Assembly (NCBI GenBank): GCA_903899705.1
Contig: CAIUKQ010000309.1
Location: 6,484 to 70,483, forward strand
Reading direction: 5' to 3'
Length of the DNA stretch: 64,000 bases
DNA from: an uncultured beta proteobacterium
Lineage (GTDB): Bacteria; Pseudomonadota; Gammaproteobacteria; Burkholderiales; SG8-39
Shown in pieces: positions 47,746 through 58,456 of the stretch. The notes beneath the pieces were generated by a model. The model made no database searches and was not told where the DNA came from. It saw nothing but the letters and a program-made list of their open reading frames with translations. Made by a program: the position numbers and the translations under genes. Every line of letters starts with the position of its first letter. Position 1 is the first letter of the stretch.

Positions 47746-49971
47746 ATGCTGGCTTCCCGTATTCTTCCGGTACTTCTCGCACTGTTCCTGGCCGGATGCG
47801 GCGATATATGGAACAGTCCCTATTCGGGCGCAGATCGCGGCAAAAGCATTCTGTACACCTCGTTTGCCGAGCGTCCCAAGCACCTCGATCCGGCGCAATC
47901 CTATGCTTCGGACGAATGGGAATTCACGGCGCAGATCTATGAACCCCCGCTGCAGTACCACTATCTGAAGCGGCCCTATGAACTGATTCCCGCGACAACG
48001 GTGGAAGTCCCGAAGGCCAGACAGTACGACACGAAGGGCAGGGAACTTCCCGCCACAGCGCCTGCGAGCGCCGTTGCCTACAGTGAATACGAGATACACA
48101 TCAAGCCCGGCATCCGTTACCAGCCGCATCCCGCTTTCGCGAAAGCACCTGATGGTTCGCCGCGATACCTTTCCCTCAGCGAGACCGAGGTCGGCGGCAA
48201 GTACGAGATTTCCGATTTTCCGGAAACCGGCAGCCGGGAACTCTTGGCCGAAGACTACGTGTTTGAAATCAAGCGCCTTGCGCACCCGCGATTCGTCTCG
48301 CCAATATTCGGCCACATGAGCGAATACATTGTCGGGTTGAAAGAACTGGGTGAGACCCTGCAGAAGGCAAACCAGGCCATGCTGGCCGCGCATGAAAAAA
48401 AATACGGCAAGACCGACAAGGGCTATCCGTGGTTGGACCTGCGCGAATATGACCTCAGCGGCGTCACCGTGGTCGACAGCCATACCTACCGGGTGCGTGT
48501 GAAGGGCAAATATCCGCAGTTCGTCTACTGGCTGGCCATGCCGTTCTTTGCCCCTATTCCCTGGGAAGCCGACAAGTTCTACGCGCAGCGCGGCATGAAT
48601 GAAGGCCGCAACCTCACGCTGGACTGGTACCCCGTCGGAACGGGGCCCTACATGCTCAGCGAAAACAATCCGAACGCGCGCATGACCCTGGAGCGAAATC
48701 CGAATTTTCGGGGGGAACCGTATCCCTCTGAAGGCGAACACGGTGATGAAAAAGCGGGTCTGCTGGCCGATGCCGGCAAGCTGGCCCCTTTTATCGACCG
48801 CATAGTCTTCAGCCGCGAAAAGGAAGGCATTCCCTACTGGAACAAGTTTCTTCAGGGGTATTACGACAATTCGGGTATCAGTTCCGACAGCTTTGACCAG
48901 GCGGTGCGCATCGGTCTTGAAGGCGATGCCGCCCTGTCGCCGCAGATGGATGAGCGCGGCATCCAGCTCAAGACCTCGGTGGGTGCCAGCACCTTCTACC
49001 TCGCGTTCAACTTTCTGGATCCGGTCGTGGGCAGCCTGTCGGAGCGCTCCAGAAAGCTTCGGCAGGCCGTCTCTATTGCGGTCGACTGGGAGGAGTTCAT
49101 TTCCATATTCGCCAATGGTCGCGGCATACCCGGCATGGGCCCGCTGCCGCCCGGCATCTACGGGTACCGGGACTGGCAGGACGGATTCAACCCGGTGGTG
49201 TATGACTGGGTGGGCGGCAAACCCCAAAGGAAGCCGATCGACACCGCGAAACGACTGCTCGCTGAGGCTGGTTACCCCGATGGCCGAGACCAGAAAACGG
49301 GCCAGCCGCTGGTGCTCTATCTCGATACAGCCGGACGCGGTCCGGGAGACAAATCGCGCCTTGACTGGTATCGCCGGCAGTTTGCCAAGCTCAACATCCA
49401 GCTCGAGATCCGCTCCACCGACTGGAACCGTTTTCAGGAAAAGATCCGCGCGGGCAATACCCAGATGTTTTTCCTCGGATGGAACGCGGATTACCCGGAT
49501 CCGGAAAATTTCATGTTCCTGCTGAACGGCCCCCAGTCTCGCGCCAAAACCCAGGGAGAGAATGCCGCGAACTATGCCAATCCGGAATTCGACCGACTGT
49601 TCGAGCAAATGAAGAACATTGATAACGGCCCAGAGCGCCAGGCCCTCATCGACCAGATGGTGAAGATCGCGCGACAGGACGCCCCGTGGGTGTGGGGATA
49701 TCACCCCAAGGATTACAGCCTGTCGCACGCCTGGATGAGAAACGGCAAGCCCAACAACATGGCGCGAAACGGACTCAAATTCCTGCGAGTGGACTCGGCG
49801 CTGCGAGAGCGGCGACGTGCCGAGTGGAATAATCCGGTGTTCTGGCCGGTCATCGCGCTAATCGCCCTGCTGGCCGTCGGAACGCTGCCGGCCTGGTTGA
49901 GTTACCGGCGTCGCGAGCGAAGTGCCGGCCGCGTGGTGGCGCATTCAGTTCCCCCGGGAAGAGGGGGGTAG
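47746..49971 (+). CDS. Peptide/Opp-Dpp family ABC substrate-binding lipoprotein with C-terminal TM helix
   Basis: Lipobox LFLAGC, HLDPAQSY, PVGTGPY, AKRLLAEAGYP, GWNADYPDPENF; C-terminal PVFWPVIALIALLAVGTLPAW-RRR. Confidence 0.9.
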   Translation: MLASRILPVLLALFLAGCGDIWNSPYSGADRGKSILYTSFAERPKHLDPAQSYASDEWEFTAQIYEPPLQYHYLKRPYELIPATTVEVPKARQYDTKGRELPATAPASAVAYSEYEIHIKPGIRYQPHPAFAKAPDGSPRYLSLSETEVGGKYEISDFPETGSRELLAEDYVFEIKRLAHPRFVSPIFGHMSEYIVGLKELGETLQKANQAMLAAHEKKYGKTDKGYPWLDLREYDLSGVTVVDSHTYRVRVKGKYPQFVYWLAMPFFAPIPWEADKFYAQRGMNEGRNLTLDWYPVGTGPYMLSENNPNARMTLERNPNFRGEPYPSEGEHGDEKAGLLADAGKLAPFIDRIVFSREKEGIPYWNKFLQGYYDNSGISSDSFDQAVRIGLEGDAALSPQMDERGIQLKTSVGASTFYLAFNFLDPVVGSLSERSRKLRQAVSIAVDWEEFISIFANGRGIPGMGPLPPGIYGYRDWQDGFNPVVYDWVGGKPQRKPIDTAKRLLAEAGYPDGRDQKTGQPLVLYLDTAGRGPGDKSRLDWYRRQFAKLNIQLEIRSTDWNRFQEKIRAGNTQMFFLGWNADYPDPENFMFLLNGPQSRAKTQGENAANYANPEFDRLFEQMKNIDNGPERQALIDQMVKIARQDAPWVWGYHPKDYSLSHAWMRNGKPNNMARNGLKFLRVDSALRERRRAEWNNPVFWPVIALIALLAVGTLPAWLSYRRRERSAGRVVAHSVPPGRGG

Positions 49972-49977
49972 ACGCGC

Positions 49978-50955
49978 ATGCTCGCCTACATCATCCGCCG
50001 GATGCTCTATGCCATACCGATCCTGATCGGCGTGAACCTGATTACCTTCGCCCTGTTTTTCGTGGTCAACACGCCCGAGGACATTGCGCGCATGCAACTG
50101 GGTGCCAAGCGTGTCACGCCGGAGGCCATCGAGAAATGGAAGGGGGAGCACGGCTACGACAAGCCGCTTTTGTATAACGCAGCGGCGAATGGCACAGACA
50201 AAATATCCGACACGATTTTCTTCGATAAATCGGTGCGCCTGTTTGTATTTGACTTTGGAAACGCCGATGACGGTCGCTCCATCGGGCATGAAATCTCCAC
50301 CCGCATGTGGCCCAGTCTCGCGCTCGCCCTGCCGACCTTTTTGATAGGGCTGCTGTTCAATGTGACCATCGCGCTGCTGATGGCGTTCTTCAGGGCCACC
50401 TATCTCGATTTCTGGGGGGTGGTGCTGTGCGTGGCAATGATGTCTATTTCGGGGCTTTTCTACATCATCGGCGGGCAGTACCTGATATCGAAGCTGTGGA
50501 ATCTGGTGCCGATTTCGGGATTCTCCGGTGGCTTCGATGCCTTCAAATTCCTGGCGCTGCCGGTGGCGGTGGGTGTTATCGGCGGCGTGGGCAGCGGGGC
50601 GCGCTGGTACCGCAGTTTTTTTCTCGAGGAAATGGGCAAGGATTACGTGCGCACCGCGCGCGCCAAGGGACTCTCTGAGAACGTGGTGATGTTCCGCCAT
50701 GTGTTGCAAAACGCCATGATCCCCATCCTCACGGGCGTCGTCGTGGTCATTCCCACGCTCTTCATGGGCAGCCTGATATCCGAATCGTTTTTCGGAATTC
50801 CGGGTCTTGGCAGCTACACCATCGATGCCATTCAGGCGCAGGATTTTGCGATTGTTCGTGCGATGGTGTTCATGGGGTCGGTGCTGTACATCGCCGGACT
50901 GCTGCTGACCGACATCTCCTACACCCTGGTGGACCCACGGATAAGGCTGGAATGA
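49978..50955 (+). CDS. ABC permease, OppB/DppB type
   Basis: MLAYIIRR, DYVRTARAKGL, RHVLQNA.IPI, E.FFGIPGLG, DPRIR. Confidence 0.93.
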   Translation: MLAYIIRRMLYAIPILIGVNLITFALFFVVNTPEDIARMQLGAKRVTPEAIEKWKGEHGYDKPLLYNAAANGTDKISDTIFFDKSVRLFVFDFGNADDGRSIGHEISTRMWPSLALALPTFLIGLLFNVTIALLMAFFRATYLDFWGVVLCVAMMSISGLFYIIGGQYLISKLWNLVPISGFSGGFDAFKFLALPVAVGVIGGVGSGARWYRSFFLEEMGKDYVRTARAKGLSENVVMFRHVLQNAMIPILTGVVVVIPTLFMGSLISESFFGIPGLGSYTIDAIQAQDFAIVRAMVFMGSVLYIAGLLLTDISYTLVDPRIRLE

Positions 50956-52394
50956 CCATGCCGGTGCTGCTTCTGACCGATGCTTTGATCCTGCTGCTGC
51001 TGGCCGGCGTCGTCGGCTATTTCTATTTTGTCAGCCGCCGTCCGCAAATGCGCGCCACGTGGATGCGCGTCACCGAGAGTCCTTCGGGCATGGCGGCGCT
51101 GGTGGTGTTGTTCGCCTATCTGGTCGTCGGACTTCTGGATTCGGTGCACTACCGTCCGGTGCTCGAAGCCAAAGACCCGAAGGCGGCGACGGTCTATTCC
51201 GTGGAGGTGCTCTCTCTTCTGGATGTGCTGGCGTCACCCTTGCGCGAGCGGCAGGAACGCACCTATTCGGCGCCGTTCGACACCCGCGCCTATTCCAAAG
51301 AGACCATCGAAATCCCCGGTACCGATGGCGCACCGGGAAAGCAGGTGCGGGAATTTCCGCGGTTGCAATTCGGCGGGGTGCATCTTGCCCTCGAGTCGGA
51401 GCGGGACCGGGATATTCTGGTCACCGCCCTTCGCGGATTTTCGCTGGCGTTTGCACTCTGGCTGGCGCTGGCCGCGTTGTTGTCCGCCGTGCTGGCACGC
51501 GGAAGCGCCATATCCTCCAGCGAAACCATGCGCCGGATCTGGCGGGGAGAAACGCGCGTGCCTTGGAGTGCGGTACTGATCATGCTGGGGTTGTTGCTGG
51601 CCATTGGGGGGCCGGTCATCACCCTGTGCACCCGATACCATGTTCTTGGCACGGACAAGGTGGGTCAGGACGTGATGTACCTTGCCCTGAAAAGCATTCG
51701 CACGGGCCTGGTCATCGGCACCCTGACCACGCTGGTGCTGCTGCCGCTGGCCGTCGTGGCCGGTGTGACCGCCGGGTATTTTCGCGGCTGGGTCGACGAT
51801 GTGGTCCAGTATGTCTATACCACGCTCAATTCCATTCCCGGCGTCCTGCTGATCGCGGCGTCAGTGCTCCTCATGCAGGTCTACATTGATACCCACCCCG
51901 ACCTGTTTCCCACCTCGGTGCAGCGCGCCGACCTGCGCCTCCTGTTCCTGTGCATCATCCTTGGCCTCACCAGCTGGACGGGGCTCGCGCGGCTGTTGCG
52001 CGGCGAAGTGCTGAAGCTGCGCGAATTCGAGTACGTGCAGGCGGCGCAGGCCTTTGGCGTGGGCCACAGCCGCATTATTTCGCGCCACATTCTGCCCAAT
52101 GTCATGCACGTGGTGCTGATTTCCCTGGTGCTGGATTTTTCGGGACTGGTGCTGGCCGAAGCGGTGTTGTCTTATGTCGGTGTGGGCGTGGACCCATCCA
52201 TGACGAGCTTTGGCACCATGATCAATGCGGCGCGGCTGGAGATGGGGCGCGAACCCATGGTGTGGTGGTCTCTTGCGGCGGCCTTCGTGTTCATGTTTGT
52301 GCTGGTGCTGGCCGCGAATCTTTTCGCGGATTCGGTGCGTGACGCCTTCGATCCGAGGATTCGGGTCAGGGGCCCGGCGATGCAGAAAGGATAG
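50952..52394 (+). CDS. ABC permease, OppC/DppC type
   Basis: HVLGTDKVGQDV, EYVQAAQAFG, RHILPN, LAEAVLSY.G.G, RDAFDPR. Confidence 0.93.
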   Translation: MTMPVLLLTDALILLLLAGVVGYFYFVSRRPQMRATWMRVTESPSGMAALVVLFAYLVVGLLDSVHYRPVLEAKDPKAATVYSVEVLSLLDVLASPLRERQERTYSAPFDTRAYSKETIEIPGTDGAPGKQVREFPRLQFGGVHLALESERDRDILVTALRGFSLAFALWLALAALLSAVLARGSAISSSETMRRIWRGETRVPWSAVLIMLGLLLAIGGPVITLCTRYHVLGTDKVGQDVMYLALKSIRTGLVIGTLTTLVLLPLAVVAGVTAGYFRGWVDDVVQYVYTTLNSIPGVLLIAASVLLMQVYIDTHPDLFPTSVQRADLRLLFLCIILGLTSWTGLARLLRGEVLKLREFEYVQAAQAFGVGHSRIISRHILPNVMHVVLISLVLDFSGLVLAEAVLSYVGVGVDPSMTSFGTMINAARLEMGREPMVWWSLAAAFVFMFVLVLAANLFADSVRDAFDPRIRVRGPAMQKG

Positions 52395-52396
52395 GC

Positions 52397-54424
52397 GTGG
52401 ACAAGCTCCTCGAGATCGACAATTTGCGCACCGAGATTGAAGGGGCGGGCGCACCGACGCGCGCCGTCGACGGCATATCACTGGATATCGAGCGGGGTGA
52501 GACCTTTGCGCTGGTCGGTGAATCGGGCTGCGGCAAATCGATGACGGCGCTGTCGCTCATGCGCCTCCTCCCCGAGGCGGGCCATATCGCCGGTGGCAGC
52601 GTTCGCATCGACGGCAAGGACCTGCTCGCACTGCCGGAATCCGAAATGCGCGATCAGCGCGGACGGCGGATTGCGATGATCTTTCAGGAACCGGGCACCA
52701 GCCTGAACGCGGTGATGACCGTGGGCCGTCAGATCGAGGAAGTCCTCGAGCGCCACCTGGGCCTTGCCGGCGAGGTGTCACGTGCTAGAGCTCAATCCTT
52801 GCTCGAGGCTGTAGGCGTGCCCGACGCAGCGAGGCGCCTGGGCGAATATCCCTTCCAGCTCTCCGGCGGCCTGAAGCAACGGGCCATGATCGCCATGGCA
52901 CTGGCCGCCGAACCCGACATCCTTGTGGCCGATGAACCCACCACCGCCTTGGATGTTACCATTCAGTCGCAAGTGCTTGATTTACTTAAACAATTACAGG
53001 CAGATCGCGGTATGGCGATTCTGCTCATCACGCATGATCTGGGCATCGTGTCGGGCATGGCGAAGCGGGTGGCGGTGATGTATGCGGGCGAACTGGTCGA
53101 GGTCGCGAGCCGCGATGCGTTCTTTTCCGATCCGCAGCACCCGTATTCCAGAAAACTGTTCGCGTCCCTTCCCGGTGCGGGGCGGCGCGGCGAGGAACTC
53201 GCGGTTATTCCTGGCCAGGTCCCGCCGCTCAACACGGCGTTTCACGGGTGCCGGTTCGCCGATCGCTGTGACTTTGTCCATGCGCGTTGTCGTGACGAAT
53301 CTCCCGGCTGGACATGTTTGCCCGACGGACACGCGGTTCGATGCCACTGGGTGGAAGACCGGCAGAAAGGCATTGCGACCCGGGGAATGGACGCGCCCAG
53401 GGCAACCTTTGCCGGTGCGGCCAAGGCGCCACTGGCCGCCGGAGACGGCAAAGCGCTGCTGAAAGTCACCGAGCTCAAAGTGCATTTCCCGATCCGCAAA
53501 GGCGTGTTCAAGAAAACCGTAGGGCAGGTCAAGGCCGTTGACGGCGTATCGCTGGAGGTCGCGTCGGGCAGGACGCTCGCGCTGGTGGGCGAATCGGGAT
53601 GCGGCAAGACCACAGTGGGCAAGGCGATTCTGCAACTGATACGCCCGACATCGGGCGAGGTGCTCTTCGACGGCGTCGACCTTGTGCAGCTTCGTGGCGA
53701 AGCGCTGCGCACGCGCCGCCGCGAATTCCAGATTATTTTCCAGGACCCTTACGCGTCGCTCAATCCGCGCCTGCGGGTGGAGGATATTCTGCTCGAAGGG
53801 ATGAGCGCATTGGGCGTGGGCGCGGGAGGGGAATCGCGCCGTCAGCGCCTGAACCAGTTGCTCGATCAGGTCGGCCTGCCGCAATCGGCCCTGGCACGTT
53901 ATCCGCATGAATTTTCCGGCGGCCAGAGGCAGCGCATTGCCATCGCGCGGGCGCTTGCCGTCGAGCCGCGTCTGATCATCTGCGACGAGCCTACGAGTGC
54001 CCTCGACGTGTCGGTGCAGGCCCAGATACTCAACCTGTTGGCACGCCTGCAGCGTGAACTGGGACTTGCGTATCTCTTCATCACGCACAACCTTGCGGTG
54101 GTTGAATACCTCGCGCATGAAGTGGCCGTGATGTATCTCGGACGCATCGTCGAACGCGGGACGGCCGATGAAGTGCTGGGTTCGCCGAAACACCCTTATA
54201 CGCAGGCCTTGCTGTCCGCGGTGCCACGTATCGACGCGGGCGCGGCGCGTGCCGTGATCAAGCTCGAAGGTGAACTGCCTTCGCCGGTGAACCCGCCTTC
54301 AGGATGTCATTTCCATCCGCGCTGCCGGGACGTGATGCCGGAGTGCCGTACGCAGTATCCCGGGGTGACAGCCCTGTCGGCGACCCGAAGAGTCTCTTGC
54401 TGGCTGCATGCCGGGAAGACCTGA
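52397..54424 (+). CDS. Fused double ABC ATPase, OppD/OppF type
   Basis: Two GESGCGK Walker A motifs, LSGG/FSGG signatures, DEPT, HPY and Cys-rich C-terminal extensions in both halves. Confidence 0.94.
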   Translation: MDKLLEIDNLRTEIEGAGAPTRAVDGISLDIERGETFALVGESGCGKSMTALSLMRLLPEAGHIAGGSVRIDGKDLLALPESEMRDQRGRRIAMIFQEPGTSLNAVMTVGRQIEEVLERHLGLAGEVSRARAQSLLEAVGVPDAARRLGEYPFQLSGGLKQRAMIAMALAAEPDILVADEPTTALDVTIQSQVLDLLKQLQADRGMAILLITHDLGIVSGMAKRVAVMYAGELVEVASRDAFFSDPQHPYSRKLFASLPGAGRRGEELAVIPGQVPPLNTAFHGCRFADRCDFVHARCRDESPGWTCLPDGHAVRCHWVEDRQKGIATRGMDAPRATFAGAAKAPLAAGDGKALLKVTELKVHFPIRKGVFKKTVGQVKAVDGVSLEVASGRTLALVGESGCGKTTVGKAILQLIRPTSGEVLFDGVDLVQLRGEALRTRRREFQIIFQDPYASLNPRLRVEDILLEGMSALGVGAGGESRRQRLNQLLDQVGLPQSALARYPHEFSGGQRQRIAIARALAVEPRLIICDEPTSALDVSVQAQILNLLARLQRELGLAYLFITHNLAVVEYLAHEVAVMYLGRIVERGTADEVLGSPKHPYTQALLSAVPRIDAGAARAVIKLEGELPSPVNPPSGCHFHPRCRDVMPECRTQYPGVTALSATRRVSCWLHAGKT

Positions 54425-54534
54425 TCCACCGAGGTGAACATGTCCCCAATCACTATTGAGGAAGGGGGCGGCGACCAAGCTTGCCATTGGCTTTAAGGTA
54501 ACATCACCGCAGAAGGTCTTACAGGAGCAACGGC

Positions 54535-54771
54535 ATGGCCGACGATATTGAAACCCGCACCAAGGTCACCATACTCACGCCAACCTATCGGATCAAGGGA
54601 TTCATCGATCTGGTTCCCGGGGCCCGCGTGACCGACTACATCAACGAAGCCAAGGACTTCATCGCGCTCACGGATGCTGAAGTGCGCGAATCAGAAGGCC
54701 GGATTGTGTTGAACGTGCCGTTCTTGAACTTGAGCCGGGATCACGTTGTTATCGTTACCCCGGGGCATTAA
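54535..54771 (+). CDS. Small conserved hypothetical protein (DUF6812-like)
   Basis: 78 aa behind AGGAG; T..YRI.G......RVTDY.N...FIALTDA.V pattern recalled for this family. Confidence 0.65.
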   Translation: MADDIETRTKVTILTPTYRIKGFIDLVPGARVTDYINEAKDFIALTDAEVRESEGRIVLNVPFLNLSRDHVVIVTPGH

Positions 54772-54853
54772 GAAGGCAACAAAGTCGCCTTCTTAATGCC
54801 TGCGGCAGGAAAACTTCAGAACGGGGGAAGAGGGAGTCCCCGCTTCCCCCGTT
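54770..54853. terminator. Two hairpins between convergent genes
   Basis: AAGAAGGC..GCCTTCTT (54770-54794) and AACGGGGGAAG..CTTCCCCCGTT (54820-54853). Confidence 0.55.
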
Positions 54854-54877
54854 ACCCCCATCGCCCCGAGAGGGGAA

Positions 54878-56278
54878 TCAGGTTCCCGAATGTTGCTGCA
54901 GTCTCGCCAGTACGCGTTTGCGTCCGGCCAATGCTAGGACATGCGCCAGGGATGGAGTCTGAGCCAAGCCGAAGACGGCGACGCGCACTGGCATGGCCAG
55001 GGCGGGCATCTTCAGTTTGTGGCGCTTCATGACTTCCTGAATGGCGGCGTTGATGGGGTCGTGGCTCCATTCGGTGAGCGCGGCCAGCGACGATTCAAGA
55101 TCGCGCAGGGCGGGTCGTGACGCGTCGGTCAGGTGCTGCGCAATGAGCGCGGCATCCGCGTGCAGTTCCCGATAGAACATCATGGCCGAGTCCGCGAGCA
55201 GATTCACCGATTCGGCCCGATCCTTCAGCAGTCCGACCACCGCATCCAGTGGCGGGCCGCCGGCGAGAGTCCCGCCTTCGCGCTCGATGCGCGGCGCGAC
55301 CAGTCCTGCGAGGGTGGCGTTGTCCGCGACCTTCAGGTACTGGTGGTTCATCCAGCGCAGTTTTGCAGGATCGAATTGCGCGGGTGAGCGGCTGACGTGC
55401 TTCAGGTCGAACCATTCAACCAGCTGTTCGCGTGAAAACAGTTCCGCGTCGCCGTGCGACCAACCCAGGCGCGCCAGGTAATTCACCATGGCATCGGGCA
55501 GGAGTCCTTCTTCTGGATATTGCATCACGCTGACGGCACCATGACGCTTTGACAGGCGTTCGCCATCCGCACCCAGGATCATCGGCACATGGGCAAAGCG
55601 GGGCAATTGCGCACCCAGTGCCATGATGATGTTGACCTGGCGGGGCGTGTTGTTGACATGATCATCGCCGCGGATGACATCGGTGATGGACATGTCGAGA
55701 TCGTCGACAACCACTCCGAAATTGTAGGTGGGCACACCGTCGGCGCGCAGGATCACCAGGTCATCCAGTTCCGTGTTGGACACCGTGATGGGACCCTTGA
55801 TCAGGTCGTTGAACGTCACCTCGCCCGAGTCGGGATTGCGAAAGCGGAGCACCGGCTGTGCGCCCGGCGGCGGTGTCAGGCCATTCGCCTTCACGTTTTC
55901 CGGACGCCAGCGGCCGTCATAGCGCGGCTTCTCGCCGCGTGCGCGCTGCGCCTCGCGCATGGCATCCAGTTCCTCGCGCGTCGCATAGCAGGGATAGGCG
56001 TGCCCGTCGCGGATCAGCTGGTCGGCGACCTCGCGATAACGCTCGAGACGCTTCATCTGGTAGAAGGGGCCCTCGTCGCAATCGAGCCCCAGCCACTTCA
56101 TGCCATCGAGGATGGCCTGCACCGAGGCTTCTGTTGAGCGCTCAAGATCCGTGTCCTCGATGCGAAGGATGAATTTCCCGCCGTGCTTCCTCGCGTAGGC
56201 CCAGCTATAGAGCGCCGTGCGCGCGCCGCCAAGATGCAGGTAACCGGTGGGGCTGGGGGCGAATCGGGTTCGGATCAT
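54878..56278 (-). CDS. gltX: Glutamate--tRNA ligase
   Basis: [37 protein letters not shown], anticodon-binding domain present. Confidence 0.97.
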   Translation of the reverse strand: MIRTRFAPSPTGYLHLGGARTALYSWAYARKHGGKFILRIEDTDLERSTEASVQAILDGMKWLGLDCDEGPFYQMKRLERYREVADQLIRDGHAYPCYATREELDAMREAQRARGEKPRYDGRWRPENVKANGLTPPPGAQPVLRFRNPDSGEVTFNDLIKGPITVSNTELDDLVILRADGVPTYNFGVVVDDLDMSITDVIRGDDHVNNTPRQVNIIMALGAQLPRFAHVPMILGADGERLSKRHGAVSVMQYPEEGLLPDAMVNYLARLGWSHGDAELFSREQLVEWFDLKHVSRSPAQFDPAKLRWMNHQYLKVADNATLAGLVAPRIEREGGTLAGGPPLDAVVGLLKDRAESVNLLADSAMMFYRELHADAALIAQHLTDASRPALRDLESSLAALTEWSHDPINAAIQEVMKRHKLKMPALAMPVRVAVFGLAQTPSLAHVLALAGRKRVLARLQQHSGT

Positions 56279-56364
56279 TACGAATTTTCCAGACGGATCA
56301 TGGTGTGGCTTTCAGAGAAGCGCGCATTTTACGTGATGGCGAGCGTGGGTTTGCCGCGTTTCAG

Positions 56365-58359
56365 TCACAACAGCCCATGCCTCAGGTTGCGTAGGGCAAA
56401 CCGGCCCGGGTCGATGGCGGCGGCGAGATCGCTTTCCATCGGCAGCGGCTCCCGCTCCAGCAGGCTCGCAAGTAATTCACCCGCCATCGCTGACCAGATG
56501 ATGCCTCGTGAACCGAATCCGGTCGCGCAATAAAGGTCAGGCAAATGCGGCATGTCGGCGAGTTGGGCGCCGGTGAGGGTAATCCGGTTGTTTTTCGCAG
56601 CCTCGAGATCGGGCACCCTGCCCACCAGGGGCATCCGGTCGCGTGCCACGGCTCGAAAGGCCGATTCGCCGCACAGTGCGTCAGGCGATGACGGACATTC
56701 AAAGTCCGGCAGCAGATGCTGGAGCCGGACAAGATTTGCAGAATTCGCATCGTCCGGCGGCAGGAGAGGCTGGTTTTCGGGTTCATAGGTACTGCCGGTC
56801 AGCATCATTCCCTCCCTTGGCGGGATGACGTAGCCCATGCCGGTGACAACGATGGAGGGGACGTGGCCGCCACGTTGCGGCACGAGACTGACCTGCCCCC
56901 GGATGCGCCGCAGCGGCGTGCCGACATCGACGAGATCCTGCATGTCAGCCGCATTGGCCAGGATGGCCACCGGCGCTTTTGCAATAAGGCTGCCATCCTG
57001 CGCGAGTGCGTGCCAATCATTGCCGCGGCGCTCCAGCCGTCGAACGGGATTGCCGAATTGCATAGTGAGTTGGCGTTCTGCCTTGTCGAGTTCGGCGCGG
57101 ACGAGGCTCGATGCGCGCAACCATCCGGCGCCTTCGAACCACCAGCCGCCGGATGCAACCCGGCACTTCGCCATGACGCCGGCTTCCGCGGCATCGACAG
57201 TGCGCGCATACCCAACGGGATACGCCAGCGAGGCCAGTGTGCGGACCATGGCCTCTTCCTCGCTGATCCGGTGCGGCAGCTGCAGCACGCCACAGCGCGA
57301 CCACTCGATGCGGTGGCCGGATTTTCCCAGCGAGGTCCAGCGTGACATTCCCATTAGATACGCATTGCGCGAAAGGCGCGACAACACACAATCATCCGGT
57401 GACACATGTGGATGAAAGATTCCCGCACTGAGTCCCGAGGCGCCCATCGCAGGTGCCGGCGACGCTTCAATCAGTGTCAGCCGCCAGCCGCGCGATGCGA
57501 GGCGTTCGCAGATGGCGGCACCTGCAAGGCCGGCGCCGACCACCAGCGCATGTTTGTCACCAGCCGGCGCACCGGCGTATGCCGAACCCTGCCGGCGCCA
57601 GCGCGGCGCAAAGCGGGCGCCGATCATCTCGCGCTTGTGGCCAAAACCTGGACGTTTGTCGCAGAGGAATCCTTCCGATTCGAGGGCGCGCCGCACCGCG
57701 GCGGCACTGGTATAGGTGGCCAGTGTTGTGCCGGTTCGCGCCTTGCGGGCAATGGCCTTGATGAGCGTCGGTGTCCACATGCCGGGATTGGAGGCCGGCG
57801 AGAAACCATCGAGGTATATGGCATCCGGTTGTACGGCGAGTTTCGGCAGAATTTCGTTCGCATCCCCGAAGGCCAGGGTCAAAAGGACACGGCCGTCTGC
57901 CAGCGAAATACGGTGGATGCCGGCCACCAGAACCGGCCATTTTTCGCGCAGTTCCGCGGACAAGGGCGCAAACTCCCCGTATCGCCCGTGAAGGCTCGAA
58001 AGCGACTCCGTCGTGAAGGGATGCTTTTCCACCGAAACGTAATTCAGCCGGGCGCTGCGATCGGGATCGTCCCGCCACGCCTGCCAGGTGGCGAGGAAAT
58101 TCAAACCCAGTCCGAAACCGGTTTCAAGGATCGTGAAGTCGTTCAGGCCGTTCCACCTGCCGGGCAGGTGATTGCCGCCCAGGAAGACATGGCGTGCCTG
58201 TCCCGGACCCGAATCGGCGCTGTGATAGATGTCGCCGTAACGCGTTGAATAGGGGACACCGGCGGCGTCAATGGCCAGTGGCGCGGGTTCGATGGGGGAT
58301 ACGGAATTCAAGGGTTTGGAACGTGGATCATGTCGGTGTAAGGGCGGCATGCGAAGCAT
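56365..58359 (-). CDS. mnmC: Bifunctional tRNA mnm5s2U34 biosynthesis protein
   Basis: YGDIYHS..ARHVFL, LETGFGLGLNFL, YLDGFSP..NP.MW, GFG.KREM, GAGLAG FAD motif, DRMPLVG, GSRG, DPGRF; start uncertain. Confidence 0.94.
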   Translation of the reverse strand: MLRMPPLHRHDPRSKPLNSVSPIEPAPLAIDAAGVPYSTRYGDIYHSADSGPGQARHVFLGGNHLPGRWNGLNDFTILETGFGLGLNFLATWQAWRDDPDRSARLNYVSVEKHPFTTESLSSLHGRYGEFAPLSAELREKWPVLVAGIHRISLADGRVLLTLAFGDANEILPKLAVQPDAIYLDGFSPASNPGMWTPTLIKAIARKARTGTTLATYTSAAAVRRALESEGFLCDKRPGFGHKREMIGARFAPRWRRQGSAYAGAPAGDKHALVVGAGLAGAAICERLASRGWRLTLIEASPAPAMGASGLSAGIFHPHVSPDDCVLSRLSRNAYLMGMSRWTSLGKSGHRIEWSRCGVLQLPHRISEEEAMVRTLASLAYPVGYARTVDAAEAGVMAKCRVASGGWWFEGAGWLRASSLVRAELDKAERQLTMQFGNPVRRLERRGNDWHALAQDGSLIAKAPVAILANAADMQDLVDVGTPLRRIRGQVSLVPQRGGHVPSIVVTGMGYVIPPREGMMLTGSTYEPENQPLLPPDDANSANLVRLQHLLPDFECPSSPDALCGESAFRAVARDRMPLVGRVPDLEAAKNNRITLTGAQLADMPHLPDLYCATGFGSRGIIWSAMAGELLASLLEREPLPMESDLAAAIDPGRFALRNLRHGLL

Positions 58360-58456
58360 ACCGGTTGCGCGGGCGTCCGCCCGTGGGCCTGCCGCCTATA
58401 ATTCGCCACTTTTGCGCCGCATCGTCGCTGCGGCTCGCGCCCTCTTTCGGAATTTC

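Noticed and set aside
47686..49728. 680-aa antisense ORF, and similar long ones at 4221-5498, 12934-14166, 52994-54193, 58328-59599 and 59915-61348
   Set aside because: Shadow frames of well-supported genes in high-GC DNA, with no motifs of their own
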